In this document: piece by piece, positions 28,481-40,200 of the stretch | How positions within the stretch are numbered: the stretch's first letter is position 1 | Layout of the letters: every line of letters begins with the position of its first letter | Assembly: GCF_004010195.1 (NCBI RefSeq) | Contig: NC_057751.1 | Location: 8,747,611-8,811,610, forward strand | DNA from: Chiloscyllium plagiosum | Lineage: Eukaryota | DNA length: 64,000 bases | Direction: 5' to 3' | Made by a program: the position numbers and the translations under genes | Notes under the pieces: generated by a model | Database searches by the model: none | What the model was told of the DNA's origin: nothing | Seen by the model: the letters and a program-made list of their open reading frames with translations, nothing else

Positions 28481-28989
28481 AAATTTTAAACGAACGTATG
28501 CACAAGTTTTCACTGCTAATAATGCAAATAAGCAACATAAAAATTACTCCAAGGGAATAAACCAAATTTAAAAGGATCCAAATTCCAGAAGTTTCAGTGG
28601 AGTCTTCTCATGATTTTTCTGCCACGGAGGGTATTACAGAATGCCCAGAAATGTTGCTTTGCATCAGCCCCCTCTTCGCATATTGAGAGACATGCACAAT
28701 GTTTTTCTTTCTCCTTCTTAGTCAATAAGGGTAAAGACAAAAGCTATCACTTACAGTGCAAATTACTTAAATCTATGGCCCCTGTTAACCTCAACATAGC
28801 AAAATAAAGCAATTTGCTTCAGCAGTTTTGACTCATTTGCAGAATCTGCTCTGCCATCCACAACTCAAAATGTTTCGTTTAAATCAGATCAAGCAACTGT
28901 GACGTCAACTTTAAAACCTTTAATTACTCTTCATAGACTGAAAGAAACCGCAGTTATTCTTTGTCGACAAACTGTTTCCTGAAATAGAA

Positions 28990-29710
28990 GGACAAAACAT
29001 TGAACATTACAGTGCAGTACAGGCCCTTCGACCCTCAATGTTGCGCCACCCTGTGAAACCAAACTGAAACCCATCTAACCTACACCATTCCATTCTCCTA
29101 TCCAATGACCACTTAAATGCCTTTAAAGTGAGCGAGTCTACTACTGTTGCAGGCAGTGCATTCCATGCCCCTACTACTCTGAATAAAGAACCTATCTGTC
29201 CTATATCTATCACCCCTCAATTTAAAGCTCTGTCCCGTCATGCAAGCCATCAACATCCGAGGAAAATGGCTTTCACTGTCCAACCTACCTAACCCTCTGA
29301 TCATCTTATATATCTCAACTAAGTTGGCTTGCAACCTTCTTTTCCCCAACGAAAACAACCTCAAGTCCCTTAGTCTTTGCTTGGGAGACCTCCCTTCCAT
29401 ACCAGGCAACATCGTAGTAAATCTCCTCTGAACCCTTTCCAAAGCTTCTACATCCTTCCAATAATGTGACTAGAATTGTACGCAATACTGCCAGAGTTTC
29501 ATACATGGTTCTGAAACTCAAACCTCATGGTTCTGAAACTCAAACCCTCTACCGATACAAGCTCACACACCTTCTTAACAACCCTATCAACCTGGGTGTC
29601 AACTTTCAAGGATCTATGCGTCTAGACCCAGAGATCTCTCTCCTCATCTGCCCTACCAAGCTTACCATGAGCCCAGTCCTCTGCATTCCTGTTACAACTT
29701 CTCAAAGAAT
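28990..29710 (-). mobile_element. CR1 3' fragment containing a 22-bp tandem duplication (29504-29547)
   Basis: ERVQRRFTTMLPGMEG...LFSLGKRRLQANLVEIYKMIRG; catggttctgaaactcaaacc occurs twice. Confidence 0.88.
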
Positions 29711-30499
29711 TATGCCAATTAATCACTGCAGGGGAAAAGGTGAGATGAACGAACTGTTTCAATACCTGCTTGATAACTAGCTACCTTGTGACAAATGGCA
29801 AATTAAACATGCCAGCAGAAACAACGTCCTGAGGTGAAGAAACTCATGACAGGACACGCTCTGCTCCTGACAGACAACCAACACCAAATATAACAAGAAC
29901 AGGGAAGCTCAATTTACAACAACGTATTTTAATTCTCGGTACCAAAGTAACCTGCAGACTTGGTGACTTCAGAGGCATCTTACATGACGTCACACCATGA
30001 GCTTAACAAGACAGAAGATCCTCTAAGAATTCAACTTAGGGATTCATCAGCATCAGAACTCCAGATAACCACAGCGGACAATGATCGAATCCTGGACACC
30101 CACAGACAGACATTGTTGCTTGTAGCTCAATTCCACCATTACTTAGGTAATAGCCAAGTTGGGTTGTGAAGCTTAACTTGCTTACTTGGGGCCTTATTTT
30201 GGTTGCTATATGCAATGCAGTTGGTGTCTTTTTTTAATCTATAAAATTGCTTAGCAGGAGACAAATGAAAGGTAACTTGTGCTAACTTGCACACAAATAT
30301 GAAAGTCTGCAAACAAGAAATCAAACGTATCAATCATGACACGATTTGAGGTGCTTTCTATTCACCTGTCAAACTTCCATTAGCTGTCAAGTTTTGGGAT
30401 GACATATTCTGAATTACATCATGTAAACAAATCTTTGTTAATTATGCATGATATTTTGATTAAGGACTAGACACTCCAACCAACTTTTAAAACAGAAGT

Positions 30500-31610
30500 C
30501 CATTTAAAATAAGCTGTCAAGAAAGAAACCAGACTCTCAATTCCCAAAAAGGAAAAGGCAAATAGCAAACAAACTGCTAACGTTCTCTCATGAACTAGTG
30601 GCAGGGATTTTAGAAATTATCAAGGCAGAGTCCACTTGGCTTTGTGAAAACTAAGCATGTTTGACTTTCTTCATTTGACTAGTTTGATATGTTAAGAGGA
30701 ACCATTAGGAGGTACATAGAGAAATAAGAGGATTAATGAATTAAGGGAGTCAACATAAATGGGTCATTTTGGCTGTAACCAGTCAAGTAACACAGAATCC
30801 ACATGAGGACATGAAGCATTTACCGCAAATATTAAAGATTTGCATGAAGGGACAGAGTCTTGGAACCAAGCTTACTGACAAACAAAGACAGAAAGGCAAA
30901 CAGGCTACCAACAGTGTGCCCAGTTTGGCATGAGGAATTAAAATAAACCTTATTTAAATGGCGATGCATTGCAGAAAGTTTAATTTCAGAGCTTTCAATG
31001 GCACCGTTGTCCATGAAACACAGCTAACATCAAAGCACAGCAAGCAGTTAAGAAGAATAATGGAATTTCACAACATTGCAGGGTGGATCGAACATCATCG
31101 CTGATAAATCTTAGTGCAAATGCGCAGGGCAATGTAAAGCCACACCTTGAGTACTGTTGTCTAGCTTTGTTTTCCTTAATTAAGGAAAGGATACACTTGA
31201 ATTAGAAGCGATTCAGACGTGGCTTACCCAAGTGATTTAAGGATGCAACAGTTGTCTTATGGGTCACATTTGAGCAGGTTGGGTGTCCACTCTTTGACGC
31301 TTCAACAAATGATAAGAGATTTCGCTTGCCACATGCAAAATCCATAAGGGACTCGAAAGGTAAATGCCCAGAGGTTGCATCCTCTCAGAGAATCTGCAAG
31401 TGTGAACTGGTTAAAAAACATTTTCCCATTTACACTGGAAATGAGGCACAATTTCTTCTGAAAGGGTTGTCAGTCTTCAGAATTCCCTCAGATCAAGCAA
31501 TGAATGCTGGGTCAAGGCTGAGTTAGATACATTTTTCATCAATAAATGGAGTCAAATGGTTCAGCAAACGAACAGTCAGCTAAGTGCAGCTGAGGCCACG
31601 ATCAGAATTA
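30500..31610 (+). mobile_element. Highly degenerate CR1
   Basis: ccacaccttgagtactg and other RT and 3' remnants. Confidence 0.55.
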
Positions 31611-31975
31611 ACTTCAACATGAAAATCTGTCTGACTACCTGTTAAAGCTCATGAAGCAAGTTGTTCAGAAGATACAGAAGGTGGTTGCACAATAACATTG
31701 TCATCATAGACAACAGATTCGAAACAATGAAATTTCCCAACTTATTGCCCAGTGCAACATTGTAATTCAGCTTTTAATTTGCCACAATTTATTATCTCTA
31801 CCAAAATATATATAGAAAATACAGAGTATACAATATAAGCAACTGGCTCATAAGTTAACACGCACAAAGAATAAATGGTTTGAATACGGAGTAGTATAGT
31901 TACATGGTGCATTTTTAGTTATTTTACAATTCTACACTGAAGCTTTCGTAACTGTTCTGGACCATGCCATACTGC

Positions 31976-32149
31976 AGGGAGAAAGTGAGGACTGCAGATG
32001 CTGGAGGTCAGAGCTGAAAAATGTATTGCTGGAAAAGCGCAGCAGGTCAGGCAGCATCCAAGGAGCAGGAGAATCAACGTTTCGGGCACAAGCCCTTCTT
32101 CAGGATTCCTGAAGAAGGGCTTATGCCCGAAATGTCGATTCTCCTGCTA
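31976..32149. mobile_element. Fold-back PLE-type element, family A, with hammerhead motifs
   Basis: TSD catgccatactgc (31963-75 and 32150-62). 42-bp inverted arms (32064-32105 and 32107-32148). Confidence 0.85.
32071..32108 (-). ncRNA. Minimal type I hammerhead ribozyme motif (intact core)
   Basis: GAAUC-CUGAAGA-A-GGGC-UUGU-GCCC-GAAA-CG-UU/GAUUC. Stem I GAAUC:GAUUC, stem II 4 bp, palindromic ACGU stem III. Confidence 0.75.
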
Positions 32150-32719
32150 CATGCCATACTGCTCCAACATTGTTAAGCAGGAAGCTCAGACAGTAACTTT
32201 GCAATTTGTTTCGGGAAATGAATAGTGAAAATTACCCAGAGTAAGTTAGCTAGGTGACAACCAGGTTTTAGAACAAAGATTTGTACACAAAATTACATAA
32301 TGAAACAACAGAATAAAGAACACCTACATAACTCAGTCTATCCAAACTAGACTTCAATATGATGTTCTGAATATACACAACAGTTCCAATAAACAAACTC
32401 ATTATACAGTATAAATGAAACAAAGGCTAACAGATCGAAGTTAGAAGGGCAGAAGGGAAGAATCGAGCAGCCTGTTTCCACACAGACTACTACTGAACTC
32501 CAAGATAAAGTTTCAACTGAACTGCTCAGCTGGAGAGCTAGCCACACCCCCTCGACTTCCACAGATTAATTCTCAAACCATAAAGCTTTGGCCTAAACTC
32601 TCATCTGTTTACGAATAAACAAAAGGCCTTTCACTTCTGTACCAAACCAGTCAATTCAGAGCCAGAGTGATTTACAACCCCTCTGAAAAAAAACCAAGGA
32701 CAGTATCCTTGAGAAATGG

Positions 32720-33092
32720 TTTGGAGATGCCCGTGTTGGACTCGGATGGACAAAGTTAAAAATCACAACACCAGGTTATAGTCTAACAGGTTTATTTGGA
32801 AGCACGAGCTTTTGGAGCACTGCTCCTTCATCAGGTGGTTGTGAAGTATAAGATCGTAAGACAATTTATAGCACAAGTTCAGTGTGAGGTAACTGAAATT
32901 ACATATTGAACAAACAATCCTGGTCATTTTCAATATATAATTTCAGTAATATCACACTGTCAACTTTTTGCTATAAATTCTGTATCTTACAATCTTATAC
33001 TCCACAACTATATTAAGGACGAGAAGCGCTCTGAAAGCTCATGCTTTCAAGTAAACCTGTTTGACTATAACCTGGTGCTGCGTGATTTTAAA
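32720..33092. mobile_element. Fold-back PLE element, family B (same terminus as 2150-2300)
   Basis: Inverted arms of about 150 bp around about 32920. Degenerate TSD cc[t/g]tgagaaat[g/a]g (32707-19 and 33093-105). Minus-strand CAC-CTGATGA-A-GGAGC-AGT-GCTCC-aAAAGCTC-GTG (G12 lost). Confidence 0.8.
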
Positions 33093-33894
33093 CCGTGAGA
33101 AATAGAACAGCTTTTAGAAAAAAAGGACCAGCTTTGTGACCTAACTTACCAACATAAAACGTTACATTCAATGACACAAAGTAGTTTGTGACTTGTTGAC
33201 TAAGGGACACCACCAATGCAGCAATCATGCCTGAGAAAGGAACAGGATCACTATCTAACAAGTTAGCAAAACATGTTAACGTATACACTTTACATTCATG
33301 ACAGCTGCCTTCTTTTTCTCTGCCTCTCATCCATGAAAAGCAGATACCTGATCAATAAAATTTCTGTGTGAGATCACTGGTTTGAAAGAAGTTCACGTCT
33401 CAGTCGGGAGCCTGATTTTCCATTTCCTGTCTTGACTGGCCCCTCTACATTTCTGAAGGTTTGGGAGGCATTAAAGTGTTATTCTCACAAATGAATTCAG
33501 TTTCTGAAACTTACAGCTTCTTTTGCAACATTCATCTTTGCACAATAAGCTAAAAATAACATAATGCTAAACAACGGCTTCAGCCAAAAGGTAAGCCACT
33601 TGCACAGTTTATCTGAGGTAACAATACTTGGTTTTTCTTTGCACCAAACATTTGTTAAAATCACAGGTTCCGTTTCAAACAGTCGGTCTCTGTTGAACTA
33701 ATGTTTCCTGTGGGGGAAAATATCTTCCAAGCACTTGAAGGTGTTTGTCTTGTATAGAAGCATCGTCATTAGTAGGAGACAGTGGCTACGAACAGCTCAG
33801 AATGAGGGAGCCTGCATTTCACTGGCGCCTGCTCTGGAGCACATCTCTATCGTGCAAGAGCTTCACACAGCCTCTCAACAATGACGCCGATTGC

Positions 33895-34156
33895 TGATTA
33901 GATTAGATTCCCTACAGTGTGGAAACAGGCCCTTCAGTCCAACAAGTCCACACTGACCCGCCAAAGTGCAACACACCCAGGCCCATTCCCCTACATTTAC
34001 CCCTTCACCTAACACTACGGGCAATTTAGCATGGCCAATTCACCTAACTTGCACATTTTTGGACTGTGGGAGGAAACCCACGCAGACACGGGGAGAATGT
34101 GCAAACTCCACACAGTCAGTCGCCTGAGGCGGGAATCAAACCCAGGTCTCTAGCAC
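33895..34156 (-). mobile_element. HE1-like V-SINE (head partly missing)
   Basis: gattagattagattccctacagtgtggaaacaggccc tail, V domain and B box. Confidence 0.88.
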
Positions 34157-35049
34157 TTTAATGGTACAGAAACAGGACACTGGCAAAAATTAAAATTCAT
34201 GAGCTTTATTACAAATCACTTCACTTGATTGTAATACCAGTAATTATAAATTAGAGTATTTCATTCCAAATGAGCAACCTTGAAAGTTCCAGATTAAGGG
34301 TGAAGTTGAGCACAGCTGCATTTCACAGGTTTGTCAGAAGACCATAAAGACAGAGGGAGAAATTAGGTTATTCAGCCCATCAAGTTTGCTCTGCCATTCA
34401 ATCATGACTGACACGTTTCTTAACCACATTGGTCATTGTCCCGCTTTCTCCCCAATGAGGATGAAAAATATGTCACATTGTGTGAAAGTAATTCACATTC
34501 CAAAAAGTACTTGTTCAACCAAACACAATGTTTCAGTTGATGAGCGTTCGAATTTGCCAACTTGCCCAAAATGGCAACATCATACCATGACGGTTGAAAT
34601 GTAGCCAAGAAATCCCCTGCTCTGTTCAAATAGGGATACAAACAGATTAAGCCCAAGAACACACCTTGTTTTATTTCGGTCTTTCAGTGCGAGCAGCAGC
34701 CTGGACCACCCGCTTTTAATTTTTGCAATGCAGTCACAACCCAGAATCCTCTGACCCAAAGCTGAGTGTGCAGCCACCGTGATCTGGCTCAGGGACGAAG
34801 AGATGGAGGATATGATAACCCTATTGATTCCTATCGAGATTCACTCGTGCATTTACTCATGGAGTTCTTTGGGTATAAGTTTCTTTGTCACAGTCACAAT
34901 GGCCTACCTGAGCACGTAATGAAAAAGCAAATCCTAGGATGGGGACACCATCGGTCAGGCTTGCTGAGTTATTGATGCCACGTTGGTATCTACTTGTTCC
35001 CTTTTGCAGCTCCAGCTCCGCACTACCCCTTCCTCTGACATAGAGGACC

Positions 35050-35357
35050 CTTACTGTACAGAAAGAGGGCCAACAAAGGTTGACCTGCCGAAGAGTAACC
35101 CACCCAGACCCACTCCCGACCCTATTATCCTATATTTACCCCTGACTAATGCACCTCACCTACACATCCCCCAACCCTGGGCAATTTGTCATGGCCAAGC
35201 CACCTGCCTTGCACATCTTTGGACTGTGGGAGGAAACCCATAAGAAACCCGTGCAGAGACGCCACACACAGAGTGCGGCGGCCCGAGATGCAGTAACCGA
35301 AGCCGGGTCCCTGTCGCTGGGAGGCAGCATTGCTAACCACTGAGCCACCGCGCCGCC
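35050..35357 (-). mobile_element. HE1-like V-SINE at the edge of the CpG island
   Basis: Head GGCGGCGCGGTGGCTCAGTGGTTAGCAATGCTGCCTC; V domain. Confidence 0.85.
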
Positions 35358-35435
35358 TCCCTCCCTCGGCTGGGCCCACAGCTCCCATTGACTCAGGCCG
35401 CTGTCACTCACCCGGGCGACATTTCCGCCTGTCGT

Positions 35436-35524
35436 GTTTTTGTTTTTCTCCGGGAAACCTGTCCCGGCTCAAAAAAAACAAGTTTTTGTTTTTCTCCGGG
35501 AAACCTGTCCCGGCTCAAAAAAAA
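35436..35524. repeat. Direct tandem duplication, period 46 bp
   Basis: gtttttgtttttctccgggaaacctgtcccggctcaaaaaaaa at 35436 and at 35482. Confidence 0.95.
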
Positions 35525-35663
35525 ATCAATTAAATTCAACCGTCTCCCTCGTCATAATTCGGCAACCGTGCCGGCGACAGGCGTGAAGTTAAAAACGTAA
35601 CAACAGAACAAACTGTGTAAAATACAACCTTTGCGGGGGGGGGGGGTGCTTCTTGAAACTCAC

Positions 35664-35709
35664 CGTTCAGGCCAGCGTCCTCGCCGTTGGCCTGTCGCGC
35701 CGCTGCCAT
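35664..35709 (-). CDS. BNIP3L: BNIP3L/NIX coding exon 1 (MAAARQANGEDAGLN-G)
   Basis: ATG at 35709-35707 in strong context (GAAAATGG) inside a CpG island. 46 nt ending at a GTGAG donor; phase 1 matches exon 2. Confidence 0.88.
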
Positions 35710-36439
35710 TTTCTCGGTTTTTGTTTTGAAGAGCTTTGTTGTTACAGGCGGCCAGCCGTCACTCCGACCGAGCGCCGTTTGCCGTCTCCGACCGTTTGAA
35801 TTTTCCAACGGTCCCCTGCGCGAGCCTTCGGCCGCTCCCACCCAGCCGGACTGCGCGTGCTCCGCTCGTTCCACACGGATTTCCGGAGGGGGAGGGGGGG
35901 GTGGTGAAGAGAAGAGAAGGGAAGGATGCCACGTCGGCGGTGACATCACCGCTGTCCGCCCCGGGAGGCATCAGTTCAAGTTGCACCTGCTGTGCAACAC
36001 GCGGTTGCGACCTCACAGCCATGACAGACACCTCAATGCTCTTGCAGATGCTACAGGAACTAGAGAAAGCAGGTCTGAAAAATCGTCCAATGAAAGTTTG
36101 AAATAAAGGAATGAGCACCGAGATGGAATTGTACTATGATTTGGAGGTGCTGGGGTGGACAAACTTAATGAGGGGTTTTTAAACTTTGAGAATTGTACCA
36201 TAGTTCCCCCCACACAATCAATGTGGAAAAAAGATCAAACGTCTTTAAATTCTCAGATGCATGACTAAAATGTTGCAACGAATTCAATTTCAAAAACCTT
36301 GACTAGGACTATCAAAGTACTAATGCTTTGTGGAGAAGATTTTGTTAAAATGTGTTGGAGAAACTTTTTATCAATGTTTAAATGTTCCGATGAGAGAAGG
36401 AGCAAAACTTGGCGCTCTCTAGAAATAAGGCAATCAGGT

Positions 36440-37290
36440 ACCTGCAACCCAAGATCTTTGTTCAACAACATACCCTAGGGCCCTACCATTCGCTGTTTAA
36501 GTCTTGGTCTGGTTGGTCTTACTGAAATTAATTCAACTCCATTTGCCACTCCTCAACCCACTGGATTGAGTTGATCAAGATCTCATTTGTTATCTTCCAG
36601 CATCTTCTTTGTTGTCCACTATACCACCAATTTTGGTGTCATTTGCAATCTTACAAACTGATCACAGGCCTCCAGTTTTCTCATACCAATAGTTGGTGTA
36701 ACGATTGTCAATGTCAACAGCAGCAGACCCTTGCAGCACATCACTTGTTCACAGGCCTCCAGTCCAAACAACAACCTTCGACCACCACTCTATCTTCTTT
36801 TGTATCCAATTAGCTAGCTCTCCCTGGATCCCACATGATCTAACCATACTAACTAGTGTAGGCTAGGTGCATTAGTCAGGACTAAATATAGGGTCGGGGA
36901 ATGAATCTGGGTGGGTTACTCTTCGGAAAGTCAGTGTGGACTTGTTGGCCAAAGGACCTGTTTCCACATTAAGATTTCTAATACTAATTCTAACCAGTCC
37001 AGCACATGGAACCTTGTCCAGCCTTGCTCAAGTCCATGTAGATCATGTCCACCACTCTGCCTTGGTGAATCTTCTTCGTTAGCTCTATCAAGTTTGAGAC
37101 ATATAATTTCCCAAGCACAAAGCCATACTATTATCAGTCCTTGCTTTTCCAAATGCATACACATCCTGTCTCTCAGAATCTCCTCCAACAATTTTACCAC
37201 CACTGACTCACCAGTCTCTAGTTGCCTGGTATTTCCTTGCAAACTTTCTTAAATAATGGCTTAACATTAGCAAACTTCCAGTCTTAAGAA
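36440..37290 (-). mobile_element. CR1 RT fragment interrupted by a plus-strand SINE/LINE tail (about 36863-36985)
   Basis: Minus strand reads VVKLLEEILRDRMCMHLEKQGLI; the insert matches the HE1 3' region. Confidence 0.75.
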
Positions 37291-40200
37291 TGGATAAGAA
37301 TGGATGGCAACAAGAACCATAACTTCTTACCAGCTGTCGTGAACAAAGACAATACTAACTCTACATTTGAAATGCATGAGGCATGGTGTCAACAATTGCA
37401 GTACAGTTCTTGTTTCAAAGATTCTGAAATGATCAATTCTAAAGCTTTCTGGTCAATAAAACAGTTATCATTACAACAATTGCAACACATTTTCCACTTT
37501 ATTTCTCAATATTTGCTTCTGAAACAGGTTTCACTTGCAATTCCAGTACTTTAGAGCACAGAGGATGATAATATACAGTTTTGCTGCACTGAACCTGTAA
37601 GAAGGTTTAATGAAAAACTGTGTTTATCTTAGACAACTCTGTGGAGAACAGCACCCAAAGTAGTTTCTAACTTAGTATCTGTTATTCCCTTCCATTCTTA
37701 CCAATTGCACAGACTGGTTTTTGCAGTACTCCTGGGTTGTGTATGTCACCTACGCATAGGCAAAATAACACCCAAGTCAATTACTGGCTGATAAACCTGG
37801 CACATTCAATCCCAAATCCCAAAGAAGACATGAATCAGCCCATTTGAAAGTATAGAATGAGTACAGTGCTTTGTATTTAAAAAATATAAATTTTAAAATT
37901 ATAGAAAACATATTTGTACTTTATGAACACTATTCCAGTTGAGAGTATTTGATTCATGACTGAAATTGACAGGACATAAGATCCTATTCCATCTATCAGT
38001 GAAGGGCAGGAATATTTTCAGGAGCTACACTATTCTGCACCCGAGACATTGCAGTCTTGTCTCCCTTAATCAGAGATACAATATTAACATTAATACAAAC
38101 AATGACAATCATGAAATTTTTTACAATTGCCAAGTTTTTTGAGACTTTTGAAGATCAGCATATCAAATAACCTTACTGCCTTGTTCAGAAATCTCACAGA
38201 CGCTAAAATCATGCTGTCTCCCTCATGAGCTGTAACAAGCATGATTTCCAATTGGGACAACATTCTCAACAGGTCTCTTTTTCAAACACATTCAGTTGCA
38301 CCAAGTGATCAAATAATTTGAAGTAGTCAAGATGAGTGTTCACAAAAAAAATTTTTAAACTTGTCTTACCTCTACTCAGTTTAAGAGACCTGTTATTTCA
38401 CCACGTTACCAACTTCACCATTTAGGCTGTACAGCTTACTTCACTACTTCTGATGAGACACCAATTTATCCTATCATCAGGATAGTTGCATGTGGTTATA
38501 ACATTTAATCTTGTTAATTATAGATTAATGTACAAAGTCCAAGTCATTGTAACACCTCTGGTAATCTCTCGTGTTCGTTGACGAGTGCTCAAGCAAATCC
38601 AAGAAAATTAAACCCTTTGAATCGTCCCTTGAAGGGAATCTTTGAACCAAAGTCAGACATATGATGAACATCAAGGTTTTCCAATTGTTCCATGGTCTGA
38701 ATGAGATATGTATTGAAAGCTGAAATGAAACTGAAGACATCATGAACATTATCTGCTCCTGTTGGATCAAATGGACCATGCAGTATTGATCAATCACATA
38801 CGCACCTCATGACCCCGACTTTTTCTTGGGGGCAGGGAAGAGGAACCAAAGCAGCTGTTACTGGCAAAAGGAAGTTGATTGTTAAGTAGTCACTAGTCGG
38901 TGACGAGTCACCAAATCGGGAAACCAATGATAGATGTTTTTTGGATGCCAACAAGAATCCAATTGGCGCTTAGCTAAACAAACAACTTTGAGCTGTGAAC
39001 ACGTCAGAATGTGAGCGGGTAATCAGTTCTTTGTTCTGAGGTCAAAGCTCATGATCAATTTATACTTCCTGCACCAGTTTTTGTATGCGGTGACTTTTAA
39101 CTGGGAACTCAGAGACTTGCTCAAAATGTACTAGCCATTTTGGGTCTCTTCCAAACCAACGATCAAAGTGAGACAGGGGCACCTGAAGCCAAGTTCTGGC
39201 ATGTGTGATCACATTAACAACGATACCTGGGCACCAGGAGAATTGAACTGTTTTCCTGTGTCCTTGCTGGGGACCATACCTCACCCAAAACACTGGAGAA
39301 AGTGCACAGGTGCATAAGCCAAATCCAAATTTTGTTTCCTTCCTGACATGCATGTATATTGAGGGATGAACATGTGAAAAGCAGGCTGCAGGGGAAACCT
39401 GGACAGTAGTCTAACTGGTTGCCTTGAGACTTTGCAGATTGGTCCTTAAAGCCACAATATTACTAACAACTGTGCCGCAATAACTTTCCCAAACAATGTA
39501 TAAATTTCAAGGTGAAATTGAAGCAAACAATCTTTCTCTTTGCATAAACATGAACAAGAAAAGGTCAGTCAGCTCCGTTAATTTTCCCACCATTCAATTT
39601 GATTGTAGCTGATCTATTTATTCGTTCATTCAGGCTGTTTCATTAACTTGAATAAATCCGCAGGACCAGATCAGGTATACCCTAGAACTCTGTGGGAAGT
39701 GATAGGTGAGGCGAGACTGGAGGTTAGCTAGCGTGGTGCCACTATTTAAAAAAGGGGTGTAAGGAAATCCAGGGAACTATAGGCTTGTAAACCTGACATC
39801 AATGGTGGGCAAGTTGTCGGAGGGAAACCTTTGGGACAGTATTTACATGTATTTGGAAAAGCAGGGACAGATTAAGGATAGTCAACATGGCTTTGTGCGT
39901 AGGAAATCATGTCTCATGAACTTGAGTGAGTATTTGAAGAATTAACAAAGAGGATTGATGAGGGCACAGCTGTGGACGTGATCTATATGGACTTCAGTCA
40001 GACTTTGAATAAGGTTCCCCATGGGAGACTGGTTACCAAGGTTAGAGCACATGGAATACAGGCATAACTGGCCATTTGGATAAGGTAGAGACAGAAGGTG
40101 GTGGTGGAGGGTTGCTTTTCAGACTGCAGGCCTGTGACAAGGAGTGCCACAAGGATCGGTGCTGGGTCCACTGCTTTTCATCATTTATATACATCATTTG

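Larger units (their letters stand above)
31953..33141 (-). mobile_element. Solo LTR with two nested fold-back PLE insertions
   Basis: tgttctggacc...aaaggaccagctttgtgac(c); TSD taac (31949-52 and 33142-45). About 620 bp once the inserts are removed, matching 4497-5114. Confidence 0.75.
35250..36010. promoter_or_regulatory. BNIP3L: CpG island / BNIP3L promoter and 5'UTR
   Basis: The only GC- and CpG-rich stretch in a CpG-depleted window, spanning exon 1. Contains ETS-like CCGGAA (35886-35881, minus), G-rich Sp/KLF boxes, ACGTG (35934-35930, minus) and TGACATCA (35941-35948). Confidence 0.85.

Noticed and set aside
32703..32710. GTATCCTT U12-like donor on the plus strand
   Set aside because: Inside an LTR, on the wrong strand for BNIP3L, with no associated exon.
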